NCBI GenBank assembly: GCA_963422645.2
Contig: CAXXVO010000011.1
Location: 64,001-128,000 of the forward strand
DNA length: 64,000 nt
Direction of reading: 5' to 3'
DNA from: Alphaproteobacteria bacterium
Lineage (GTDB): Bacteria; Pseudomonadota; Alphaproteobacteria; UBA828
Positions 11,336 through 20,247 of the stretch are shown in pieces. The position numbers and the translations under genes are program-made. The notes under the pieces were generated by a model. It had not been told where the DNA came from. It worked only from the letters and a program-made list of their open reading frames with translations, and did no database searches. How positions within the stretch are numbered: the stretch's first letter is position 1; each line of letters starts with the position of its first letter.

Positions 11336-12328
11336 ATGCTGCGCGCTGCCTCAATCGGGATGGGCTGGTGGTCCGACGAGCTTGCGGACGCCGCACAGGG
11401 AAAATCCGATGCAATCCGCATTGTGACCTGCTTCTCCCGGTCGGAACAAAAGCGCGCAGCCTTTGCCGAAAAATACGGCACCGCCCAGCACGAGTCCTAC
11501 GAGGCGGTGCTCGCCGATGACTCGATCGACGCGGTCATCCTGACCACGCCGCATTCGATCCATGCCGAGCAGGTGATTGCGGCGGCGGCGGCCGGCAAGC
11601 ACGTCTTCTGCGAGAAGCCCTTCACGCTGACCCGTGCAAGCGCGCAGGAGGCCGTGGATGCCTGTGCCGAAGCCGGCGTGGTGCTCGCGGTCGGGCAGAA
11701 CCGGCGCTGGCACAGCGCCACCCGCACGCTGAAGGCGATGCTGAGCGCGGGCGACTTCGGCACGGTCCTCCATGCCGAGGCGAACTTCTCAGTGCCGAGC
11801 GCGCTCAGCTACAAGACGGGACAATGGCGCGTCAACCGGATCGAAAGCCCGGCCGGCTCGATCACCGGGCTCGGCATCCACATGATCGATGCCCTCGTCT
11901 ATCTGCTGGGGCCCATCGCGCGAGTGGCGGCGCAGGCCCACCGGCGCGCGGTGCCAGTCGATATCGACGACACGACCTCGGTGCTTTTCCTCTTCGAGTC
12001 AGGAGTCTCGGGCTACCTCGGCACCATGTTCGCCTGCCCCCACGCCTCGTACATCAACGTCTACGGCACCGGCGGCAACGCCTTTGCGCAGATCGACAAC
12101 AGCCAGCTCATTCTCCAATCGGCGGACGGGGTCAGGCGCGACGAGCCGATCGAGCCGCTGGATACGCTCAGGCTGGAGCTCGACGAGTTCGCTGCAGCCT
12201 GTGCCGGCGAGGCGCAATTCACGGTTCCGCCAGAGGACGCCGTACACGGCATTGCCGTGATGGAGGCCCTGGTCGAGGCCGCGGCCACCGGCCAGTGGGT
12301 GGAGGTCGCCGGCGGGGGCGGGGCGTGA
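11336..12328 (+). CDS. Gfo/Idh/MocA family oxidoreductase
   Basis: GMGWW Rossmann-like motif, AGKHVFCEKP, GIHMID. Confidence 0.88.
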   Translation: MLRAASIGMGWWSDELADAAQGKSDAIRIVTCFSRSEQKRAAFAEKYGTAQHESYEAVLADDSIDAVILTTPHSIHAEQVIAAAAAGKHVFCEKPFTLTRASAQEAVDACAEAGVVLAVGQNRRWHSATRTLKAMLSAGDFGTVLHAEANFSVPSALSYKTGQWRVNRIESPAGSITGLGIHMIDALVYLLGPIARVAAQAHRRAVPVDIDDTTSVLFLFESGVSGYLGTMFACPHASYINVYGTGGNAFAQIDNSQLILQSADGVRRDEPIEPLDTLRLELDEFAAACAGEAQFTVPPEDAVHGIAVMEALVEAAATGQWVEVAGGGGA

Positions 12329-13329
12329 GCGCGCGTCACACCTTCTTCTGCATCGACGGCCACACCTGCGGCAATCCCGTGCGCGTGGTGGCGGGCGGCG
12401 GGCCGACGCTCTCGGGCGCCACCATGAGCGAGCGGCGCCAGCACTTCCTCCGCGACTACGACTGGATCCGCCGGGCGCTGATGTTCGAGCCCCGCGGCCA
12501 CGACCTGATGTCAGGCGCGGTGCTCTATCCTGCGCTCTCGCCCGATGCCGATATCGCGCTGCTCTTCGTCGAGACCTCGGGCTGCCTGCCGATGTGCGGC
12601 CACGGCACCATCGGCACCGTGACCATCGCGCTCGAACACGGCCTCGTCGCGCCGCGTGACGAGGGCACGTTGGTGCTGGACACGCCGGCGGGCCGGGTCG
12701 AGGCACGCTACCGGCGCAACGGCACGCGCGTCGAAGCCGTGCGCATCACCAACGTGCCGAGCTTCCTGGCGGAGACGGGGGTTGCGGTGGAGTGCCCCGG
12801 TCTCGGTCCTCTCACGGTGGATATTGCCTACGGCGGCAACTTCTACGCGATCGTCGATCCGCAGCCTGGCTATGCCGGGATGGAGGCGTTCTCGGCGGCC
12901 GAGCTGCTGGCGATGAGCTCCGGCCTGCGCGAGGCCTGCAACCGGGTGGTGGAGTGCATCCACCCCGACGATGCGTCAATCGCCGGCGTCAGCCACGTGA
13001 TGTGGACCGGCGCGCCGCAAGACCCGAGCGCCCATGCGCGCAACGCGGTCTTCTATGGCTCGGGCGCGCTCGACCGCTCCCCCTGCGGCACCGGCAGCTC
13101 GGCCCGCATGGCGCAGTGGGCGGCCATGGGCAGGCTCGCGCCCGGCGACGAGTTCGTGCATGAGAGCATCATCGGCAGTCTGTTCCGCTGTCGTGTCGAG
13201 AACACGACGAAGGTGGGCAATCACGATGCGATCGTGCCGAGCATCGAGGGCTGGGCGCGCGTCACCGGGCTCAACACCATCTTCGTGGACGAGGCCGACC
13301 CCTTCGCCCACGGATTCCAGGTGACCTAG
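12325..13329 (+). CDS. 4-hydroxyproline 2-epimerase (proline racemase family)
   Basis: DGHTCGNPVR, FEPRGH, and both catalytic Cys motifs MCGHG and DRSPCGTG; GTG overlaps the upstream stop. Confidence 0.9.
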   Translation: MSARHTFFCIDGHTCGNPVRVVAGGGPTLSGATMSERRQHFLRDYDWIRRALMFEPRGHDLMSGAVLYPALSPDADIALLFVETSGCLPMCGHGTIGTVTIALEHGLVAPRDEGTLVLDTPAGRVEARYRRNGTRVEAVRITNVPSFLAETGVAVECPGLGPLTVDIAYGGNFYAIVDPQPGYAGMEAFSAAELLAMSSGLREACNRVVECIHPDDASIAGVSHVMWTGAPQDPSAHARNAVFYGSGALDRSPCGTGSSARMAQWAAMGRLAPGDEFVHESIIGSLFRCRVENTTKVGNHDAIVPSIEGWARVTGLNTIFVDEADPFAHGFQVT

Positions 13330-13346
13330 GCCGATACGACCCGAGC

Positions 13347-13361
13347 ATAAGGCAGAGATAT
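13347..13361. promoter_or_regulatory. Possible LysR-type T-N11-A box in an AT-rich promoter patch
   Basis: ATAAGGCAGAGATAT (ATA-N9-TAT) followed by CAATTATGAGAAATCTATATTGGAC. Confidence 0.3.
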
Positions 13362-13514
13362 ATCAATTATGAGAAATCTATATTGGACGGCATGCCCAGA
13401 TCTCGGCAATGTTGGGCTGCTCGGTTGGGTGCTGCGATGGAATGCACCCCGGCCTTGGCGGATAGCGCACGTCGGCACAACGCGTAAGGCGCGCGTTGAG
13501 GGAGACGAGAGAAT

Positions 13515-14270
13515 ATGACCACGTCCGCCAATCGGAAGCCCGAGCGCATCCATCGAGTGCTGGCGCGCTGCATCGCGCCTGCCTTCGCCGTGCTTGTCAC
13601 CGGCACCCTCGGCCTGGGGTGCGCGGCTTACGGCGATGCGTCGGACGACGCGTCGTCGGGCCCGCAGTCGAGCGATCCCGCCACCGGTGCCTCTGCAACC
13701 TATTCCGTCACATATAGGGGTGCGTGGACATCGACTGCCACGCCAGGGGGCGTCCCCGATGGTGCGCACTTTTCGCCGCTGATCGGCGGCGTGCACAATG
13801 CCGCCGTGGCGTTCTTGGAGACCGGCGGAACGGCCACAGCGGGCATCGAATCCATGGCGGAGCGCGGTCGCACCGCCACCTTGACGAAAGAAATCGAAGC
13901 GGCCGGAGCGAATGCGCTGAGCGTGCTGCGCAAGGAGTCGGGCTCCGGCGCAACGGACTCGTCGACCTTCGACTCAGTCGTGCTCACCGCCGACCATCCC
14001 CACATCACAGTGCTCTCGATGATCGCGCCGAGCCCGGATTGGTTCGTCGGTGTCTTCGGTCTTTCCCTGCTCGATGCCGAGGGCGGCTGGGTCGAGGCGC
14101 TGACGGTGGACCTCCATCCATGGGATGCCGGTACGGAGGAGGGGGACGAGTTCTCGTTCGACAATGCCGCGACCGTGCCGCAGGGCACCATCACCAGCCT
14201 CCGGGGTGCGAGCATGTTCTCGGATGCGCCGATGGCGACGCTGACCTTCACCCTCCAGTCGGCCGAATAG
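13515..14270 (+). CDS. Secreted Spondin_N domain protein
   Basis: Hydrophobic N-terminus; HFSPLIGGVHN, ESMAERG, SMIAPSPDWFVGV and PWDAGTEEG motifs. Confidence 0.85.
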   Translation: MTTSANRKPERIHRVLARCIAPAFAVLVTGTLGLGCAAYGDASDDASSGPQSSDPATGASATYSVTYRGAWTSTATPGGVPDGAHFSPLIGGVHNAAVAFLETGGTATAGIESMAERGRTATLTKEIEAAGANALSVLRKESGSGATDSSTFDSVVLTADHPHITVLSMIAPSPDWFVGVFGLSLLDAEGGWVEALTVDLHPWDAGTEEGDEFSFDNAATVPQGTITSLRGASMFSDAPMATLTFTLQSAE

Positions 14271-14345
14271 GATGACCGGAACCCCCGCCGCGGCAACCCA
14301 ACATAGCGTCGAGCCCTCCACCGACGCGGACCCCGATGGCGCGTC

Positions 14346-14732
14346 ATGAAGCGCCGCTTGCCGCTGCTCGCAGCTCTGCTGCTCGCAATCGCAATTGCCG
14401 CGTCCACGCTGACTCTGGGTTCGCGCGCGTCTGCAGACGAGTACAGCGATGCCATGCTCGAAGGTTTCGCCTCCGCCGCCATCGAGGTCAGCAAGCGGAT
14501 TGAGGTTTGGCGGCCTCTCATCGAGAGCGCGGTCGACGAGAACCAGCGCGAGGCCCTGATTGAGGAGGCGCAGGCCGATCTCGCGCGCGCCATCGAAGAG
14601 ACGGAAGGCATCGACGAGGACGAGTACTACGCCATCTACGAGGCCGCGCGGGATGACGAGGCGCTGCGCAGGCGAATAGACGAGATCTTCTCCGCCTACT
14701 TGCAACGCCCGCAGGCCCCTCGCGCCGAGTGA
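14346..14732 (+). CDS. Secreted acidic helical protein (DUF4168-like)
   Basis: Signal peptide; YSDAMLEGFASAAIEV...GIDEDEYYAIYEAARDDEALRRRI pattern. Confidence 0.7.
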   Translation: MKRRLPLLAALLLAIAIAASTLTLGSRASADEYSDAMLEGFASAAIEVSKRIEVWRPLIESAVDENQREALIEEAQADLARAIEETEGIDEDEYYAIYEAARDDEALRRRIDEIFSAYLQRPQAPRAE

Positions 14733-14757
14733 CCGCGTATCGAGGAACAGAAGGCCG

Positions 14758-15924
14758 ATGAAGATCAGGAGCATCACGGCGCGCTGGGTGCACGTGCCGA
14801 TCCCCAAGGCGCAGCAGCATAAGAGCGACCTCGGCGTCGCCGACTTCTTCGACGCCACCATCGTGCGGGTCGAGTCCGAATGCGGTCTCGTGGGTTGGGG
14901 CGAGGCGAAGGCCTCGGTCGGCAGCATGGGCAACAACGCGGCGCTGGCTGCGCTGATCAACCGCGATCTGGGCCCGGCGCTGATCGGCGAGGACCCGCGC
15001 AATCCGCGCCGATTGTGGGAGATCGGCTATAGCGGCAGCCGTGCCCATTTCGCGCTGACCCGCGGCCAGGCCTTCCCGGTACTGGACCGTCGCGGCAGCC
15101 GGATCAGCGCCATCGGTGCCATCGACATGGCCTGCTGGGACATCCTGGGCCGCTCCCTCGGGGTGCCCGTGTGGCAGCTGCTCGGCGGCAAGTGCCGGGA
15201 TGCCCTGCCGGCTTACGCCTCCGGCGGCTGGGCACCGGCCGAGGCCATCGGCGCGCAGCTGGAAGGCTACATAGCGCGCGGCGGCTTCAGCGCGGTGAAG
15301 ATGCGGGTCGGCGCGGGCGACGGCGACGTCATCACCTCGGTGCGCCGGGTCCGGGCCGCGCGCGCGCATCTGGGCTGCGACATCCAGATCATGGTGGACG
15401 CCCACGGCACCCTTTCGGTCAAGGAGGCGCTCCGTTTCGTGCGGCTGGTGGAGGGTTGCGGTCTCGCCTGGTTCGAGGAACCGGTGAATGTCGACGACAA
15501 GGCCGGCATGGCTACCGTGCGGGCTGCGAGCGACATCCCCATCGCCGCGGGCGAGAGCGAGTTCACCCGCTTCGATTTCCGCGAGCTTCTGGAGCATCGG
15601 GCCGTTGACTACTTCCAGCCCGATCTCGCCATTGCGGGCGGCATTACCGAGGCCATGCGGATCGCAGCGCTGGCCGAGAGCCACGGCATCAAGCTCGCGC
15701 CCCACCTCTGGGGCGGCGCGCTCAACTTCGCGGCCGGGCTCCAGGTCATGGCCGCCTCGCCTGCGGCGGTCATCGCCGAGTACTCCCTCGGCGCCAACCC
15801 GCTGCTCCACGATCTCGCCGAGGAGAATTTCGAGGTGGTCGACGGCATGATCGCCATCCCCGACCGGCCCGGCCTCGGCGTCACCATCGACGAAGAGTAT
15901 CTCGCCGCGCACACGGTGGATTAA
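14758..15924 (+). CDS. Mandelate racemase/muconate lactonizing enzyme family protein (enolase superfamily)
   Basis: AIDMACWDILG, VKMRVG, MVDAH, WFEEP, GESE, QPD and APH motifs. Confidence 0.88.
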   Translation: MKIRSITARWVHVPIPKAQQHKSDLGVADFFDATIVRVESECGLVGWGEAKASVGSMGNNAALAALINRDLGPALIGEDPRNPRRLWEIGYSGSRAHFALTRGQAFPVLDRRGSRISAIGAIDMACWDILGRSLGVPVWQLLGGKCRDALPAYASGGWAPAEAIGAQLEGYIARGGFSAVKMRVGAGDGDVITSVRRVRAARAHLGCDIQIMVDAHGTLSVKEALRFVRLVEGCGLAWFEEPVNVDDKAGMATVRAASDIPIAAGESEFTRFDFRELLEHRAVDYFQPDLAIAGGITEAMRIAALAESHGIKLAPHLWGGALNFAAGLQVMAASPAAVIAEYSLGANPLLHDLAEENFEVVDGMIAIPDRPGLGVTIDEEYLAAHTVD

Positions 15925-16106
15925 CTCGCAACTCTCACCGGGGTCATGGTCTGCGCGCAGTTCCGGCCTTCTCAGTCGGGCAGCGCCCTATCGACCACGA
16001 CCCTGATGAGACGTGAAGGCCACGCTCCCCCATGGTTGACGGACCGGTGCCGGTGACCTCGGTGAGAAATCCGGGGTAGGCTCACCTCCGAAGGGGAGGC
16101 GGAGAC

Positions 16107-16262
16107 ATGACGGACGAACACCAAGCCGCCGGGCATCGCGTGCAAGTGGAGGTGCGGAGCAACGACGACCCCACCTTCGACCTCCGGCCCGCGCACCAGA
16201 GCGTGTTTCACGACGGGGCCCGCCCGTCATTCATCGAACTGCCGGTCATCCGGCGCCGCTGA
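16107..16262 (+). pseudogene. Collapsed CocE/NonD hydrolase remnant (51 aa mini-ORF)
   Basis: RBS GGAG plus ATG, then MTDEHQAAGHRVQVEVRSNDDPTFDLRPAHQSVFHDGARPSFIELPVIRRR, which resembles the CocE/PepX C-terminus. Confidence 0.65.
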
Positions 16263-16284
16263 TCGACGAGAGGAGGACCCACCG

Positions 16285-17478
16285 ATGGCCGACGATCGCA
16301 CCTACCTCACGCCCGCGAGCGAAGCCTGGATGAGCGGCCGGCCGGCCTCCGCGGTGGTCAGGGTCGGCGACCTCCTGTTCCTCTCCGGCCAGGGGAGTTT
16401 GACCGACGACGGCCGGGTAGCGGACGCAGGCGACGTCGAGGCCCAGACGCGAAACGCCTTCGCCAGGGTGAGCAAAGTGTTGGAGGCGGCGGGCGCTGGC
16501 ATCGACGACGTGCTCGACGTGATGACCTTTCACAAGGACCCGCGCACGATGGACGCTGCCTTCGGCGTCGGCCGCGACGTGTTCACCGCCCCCTACCCGG
16601 CGTGGACCGCGCTCGGCATGGTGGGGGCGCACGATCCCGGCCTCGAGGTCGTCGTACGGGTGGTCGCTCACGCGGGCGCCGGCGAGAAGCAGGGCGTGAC
16701 CCCGGCGGGTTTCGGCTGGATGGAGGGACTTCCGCTATCGGCCGCCTGTCGCAAGGGCGATTACCTGTTCACCAGCGGCATCGTGGCCGCCGCCGATGGT
16801 GGGGCGGTGGTGGCGCCCGCCAACCACATGGCGCAGGCGCGCTTCTGCTACGACCGGCTCAAGGACGTGATGCAGGCGGCGGGCGGCTCGCTCGACGATA
16901 TCGTCGACATGATCTGCTTCAATCACGACGCCCGCGGCATGGACGCTGCGGTCGATACCTGGTGCAACGAAACCGTCGAGGGGCTCCCCATCGACGAGGC
17001 CACGTCCTACACCGCGATCGGGATGACCGGCCTGCATCGGATAGGCCAGGTCGGCTGCTACCGCGCCATCGCGGACTTCAGCGCTGGCCCCCGGGTCGCG
17101 CACAACCTGCCGAGCATTCACTGGCACGACCAGCGTATCTCGGGTGCAAGCCGCAAGAAGCATGGACGCCTGATCGGCATCTCCGGCCAGGTCGCTTCGG
17201 ACGGGCAGCAGAACATCATCGCCCGGGGCGATGTCGCCTCCCAGGCGCATTACTGCTTCGGCCAGATCCGGGGCGTGCTGGAGAAGCACGGCGCAAGCCT
17301 CGACAACATCGTCGAGATCGTCTCCTTCCACAAGGACCCGAGGGCGTGGGAGACCGTGATGGCGGTGGGCAGCGAGTTGTTCGAGCCTGGCCGCGGCCCG
17401 GCCTGGACGCCCGTCGGCTGCACCGGGCTCTACCTCGAAGGCTACCTGCACGAGATCTACGCGATCGCCATGGAGTGA
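16285..17478 (+). CDS. Three-domain Rid (YjgF/YER057c/UK114) family protein
   Basis: Three ~130 aa repeats: LFLSGQ..DVEAQTR, LFTSGI..HMAQAR, IGISGQV..DVASQAH; RBS GAGGAG. Confidence 0.85.
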   Translation: MADDRTYLTPASEAWMSGRPASAVVRVGDLLFLSGQGSLTDDGRVADAGDVEAQTRNAFARVSKVLEAAGAGIDDVLDVMTFHKDPRTMDAAFGVGRDVFTAPYPAWTALGMVGAHDPGLEVVVRVVAHAGAGEKQGVTPAGFGWMEGLPLSAACRKGDYLFTSGIVAAADGGAVVAPANHMAQARFCYDRLKDVMQAAGGSLDDIVDMICFNHDARGMDAAVDTWCNETVEGLPIDEATSYTAIGMTGLHRIGQVGCYRAIADFSAGPRVAHNLPSIHWHDQRISGASRKKHGRLIGISGQVASDGQQNIIARGDVASQAHYCFGQIRGVLEKHGASLDNIVEIVSFHKDPRAWETVMAVGSELFEPGRGPAWTPVGCTGLYLEGYLHEIYAIAME

Positions 17479-17507
17479 AGGCGCGGACGCCGGCCAAGGA
17501 GAAAGAA

Positions 17508-17897
17508 ATGATCACGCTTCATAATCCGGATACGGTCGTGGCGCCCGCGTCATTCTACAGCCAGGCGGCGGAGGTGGGGCCGGGCAAGCGCTGGCTCCAC
17601 ATCTCAGGCCAGGTGGGCGCTGCGCCGGACGGGACGCTCCCGGCTGGCTTCGAGACGCAGAGCGATCAGGTCTGGCGCAACATTGAGGCCCTGCTTGCCG
17701 CCGCCGACATGACGATGTCGAACCTGGTGATCGTGCGGGCGCTGCTGGTGGACCGCGCCCACCTCGGGGCTTACCGGGAGATCAGGGACCGCCACCTGGA
17801 GGGCCATCAGGCGGCGTCGACGCTCCTGATCGTGGCCGGCCTTGCCGATGAGCGCTGGCTGATCGAGATCGAGGCGCTGGCCGCCGCCGATACCTGA
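17508..17897 (+). CDS. Rid family protein, single domain
   Basis: YSQA, HISGQVG, Q..QVWRNI, ASTLLIVAGL and WLIEIEA motifs; RBS AAGGAG. Confidence 0.87.
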   Translation: MITLHNPDTVVAPASFYSQAAEVGPGKRWLHISGQVGAAPDGTLPAGFETQSDQVWRNIEALLAAADMTMSNLVIVRALLVDRAHLGAYREIRDRHLEGHQAASTLLIVAGLADERWLIEIEALAAADT

Positions 17898-17905
17898 TCG
17901 GGCGG

Positions 17906-19078
17906 CTATCGGGCGGCGTCGACCTGATCGCCTGCAGCGGCGCCCGCGCCGTTCTCGGCCGAGGTGATGGCGCATTCGGACTCGCGCCACCAGAGCTCCT
18001 CCAGATTGGTGACATCGACGCCACGGTCCCATATCCGCGCCTTGACCGGGCCGATATCGGTATCGAGGGTCTGGTCGAGATACTTGCCCTTGTAGATCGT
18101 CGCACCGCTGGTGCACGGCAGCGCGTTGACGCCGGGCTCGTCGACGGTGGCACCGCGGGGCGCGAGCCTGATCCGCTCCGCCCGCACCGCGACGCAGGCG
18201 GGCGCGCCTCTCTCTGCCGGTCCGGTGCCGCTCCAGGCGCCGCTGATCACGTGGCTGCCGATGCGCACGCTGGCCGTGCCCTTCTGTACGCCCTCGATGG
18301 TCCCTTCGAGTAGGTTCTCCACCCCCATGAAGTCCGCGACGAAGCGGGTCGCCGGTCGGTCGAACAGGTCGGTCGGCGGCCCCTCCTGCACGATCCGCCC
18401 ACGCCGCATCAGGATGATCCGGTCGCTCATGGTGAGCGCCTCTTCCTGGCTGTGGGTGACGTAGATGAAGGTGAGGCCGAGCTTCTCGTGGAGGTCGAGG
18501 AGCTCCACCTGCATGTCGACGCGCAGCTTCTCGTCGAGCGCGCCGAGCGGCTCGTCGAGGAGCAGGATGGCGGGTGCCGTCACCAGCGCGCGGGCCAGCG
18601 CCACCCGCTGGCGCTCGCCGCCGGAGAGCTGGTGCACGCGGCGGCCGTACTTGTCCAGGAGCCGCACCAGGGCGAGCGCGTCCTCCGCCCGCTTGCGGCG
18701 CTGGTCCTTGTCGATGCCACGAACGCGGAGCCCGTACTCGACGTTCTGGCCGACCGACATGTGGGGGAAGAGCGCGTAGTGCTGGAATACCGTCGTGCAG
18801 TTGCGCCGCGACGCCGGGATGACCGAGACATCCTCGCCATCGATGGCGATGCGCGCGATCCGGGTGGGGCGCTCGAGCCCGGCGACGATCCTGAGCAGCG
18901 TCGTCTTGCCCGAGCCGCTCTCCCCCAGCAGGGTGAGGAACTCGCCCCGCCGCGCCGTGATCGACACGTCGTCGAGCGCGACCACATCGCCGAAGCGGTG
19001 GGTCGCGTGCTCGACCTGCAGGATCTGATCGCCGCCGGCCCTAGCAGTGCGCGGCGCGGCTGCCTCACTCGTCGCCAT
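17906..19078 (-). CDS. PotA-like ABC transporter ATP-binding protein (orphaned)
   Basis: GESGSGKT, LSGGERQR, LLDEP, YVTHSQEEA and a TOBE-like tail. Confidence 0.9.
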   Translation of the reverse strand: MATSEAAAPRTARAGGDQILQVEHATHRFGDVVALDDVSITARRGEFLTLLGESGSGKTTLLRIVAGLERPTRIARIAIDGEDVSVIPASRRNCTTVFQHYALFPHMSVGQNVEYGLRVRGIDKDQRRKRAEDALALVRLLDKYGRRVHQLSGGERQRVALARALVTAPAILLLDEPLGALDEKLRVDMQVELLDLHEKLGLTFIYVTHSQEEALTMSDRIILMRRGRIVQEGPPTDLFDRPATRFVADFMGVENLLEGTIEGVQKGTASVRIGSHVISGAWSGTGPAERGAPACVAVRAERIRLAPRGATVDEPGVNALPCTSGATIYKGKYLDQTLDTDIGPVKARIWDRGVDVTNLEELWWRESECAITSAENGAGAAAGDQVDAAR

Positions 19079-19520
19079 GTCGGCCACCTCCGAAGGCAAG
19101 CTTGATCGAGAGGAAGCTCGGCCCGATGTTCATGATCGTCACCAGTATGCTCTTCGCTTGGATCTGCGGCACGGTCGCGTTGTGCGCGCCCGATTGTATC
19201 CACAAACGGTGTGGCAGTGTGTCTTGTCCTGCACCCATGAAGATACTGAAGGGCAGCCCGAAGAACGACAGCAAAAGGGTGAAGAAGCCCGCCGCGCAGA
19301 TGGCGGCTTCAGGATCGGCACCTCGATCACGCACGCCGCCGACGTGATGAGGGCGAGAACGATCGAAAGCAGCAATGGATCGCCGACCCGGACTATGCTG
19401 CCATGGGCCACGCCGTCGTGCGTGGTGATGTCAGCGCAGATTGCATCCTCGCACCAAGTGAACGTCCAGTCGCCCCCGGCCTTGTTGGCCTCCCGCACCG
19501 CCGGCTGCCAGCACCGGATG
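19065..19520 (-). pseudogene. Degraded PotC-like ABC permease
   Basis: Patches DWTFTW..., LLSIVLALITS and PILKP/AICAAGFFTLLLSF...QDTLP across two frames; far too short; overlaps the ATPase start. Confidence 0.5.
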
Positions 19521-20247
19521 GTGTCCCGCGCGTTCTCGAGCGCCTGCAACCCGTGCTCACGTCGCCGAGGCGCCTGACTCGCTGGGTCCCGCCTCCTGCA
19601 GATGTGTCAAACCCAATAACCGCTAGTCGTCCCAATGCCCAGTATCAAGTATCCGTGACAACACCCAAAATGTCGTTGACATGGCAATACCGTGGCCACA
19701 GGATTGGCTTTCGATCGCGCAACGCAAGAGCGATCACGCCAACCAGAGCTGCAATTGGCGCAAGAATGGGAGTTTCGCGAGGTTAAGACGGCACAGAATA
19801 GTCAGCGGCATTGCTTCGCTAACCGAACTGACTACAATGACCAATAGGCACCGTCTCGCGATCATTATACCCCGTACTTGCGGCTGGTGGCGCTGGGGTC
19901 GCGTTATTTGAGAGGCGGATTGACAAGGTATTGGAGGGCTCTGCATCTTGCTGACCCGTAACGAGAAGGCGCCCATTCAGCGAGCATGGCATGATGTTCG
20001 TTGATGGCCAGCGACTCTGTAAGCGGCAATTCCACGCTAATACCTTGTATGTTAATTAATACGGCATTGGCCCAAATAAAATGCACGCCTCAGCCACGAT
20101 GATCCCAGGATCTTCTCAAAGACAATGGGATCGCGAGGGCTTGGACTCTGTATTGTTTGGGATCGATAAAGTGCTTCGGGTGTGGGGACTGCGCGGCACA
20201 ATTGAAGCACCGAACATCCGGATGTATACACGAGGTTGGGTGTCTGG

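Noticed and set aside
16003-16030. CTGATGAG followed by a hairpin, resembling a hammerhead ribozyme core
   Set aside because: No GAAA follows the putative stem II, so the catalytic core is incomplete
20068-20086. Sigma-54 promoter-like TGGC...TGCA upstream of potA
   Set aside because: GG-to-GC spacing is 12 nt rather than the required 10
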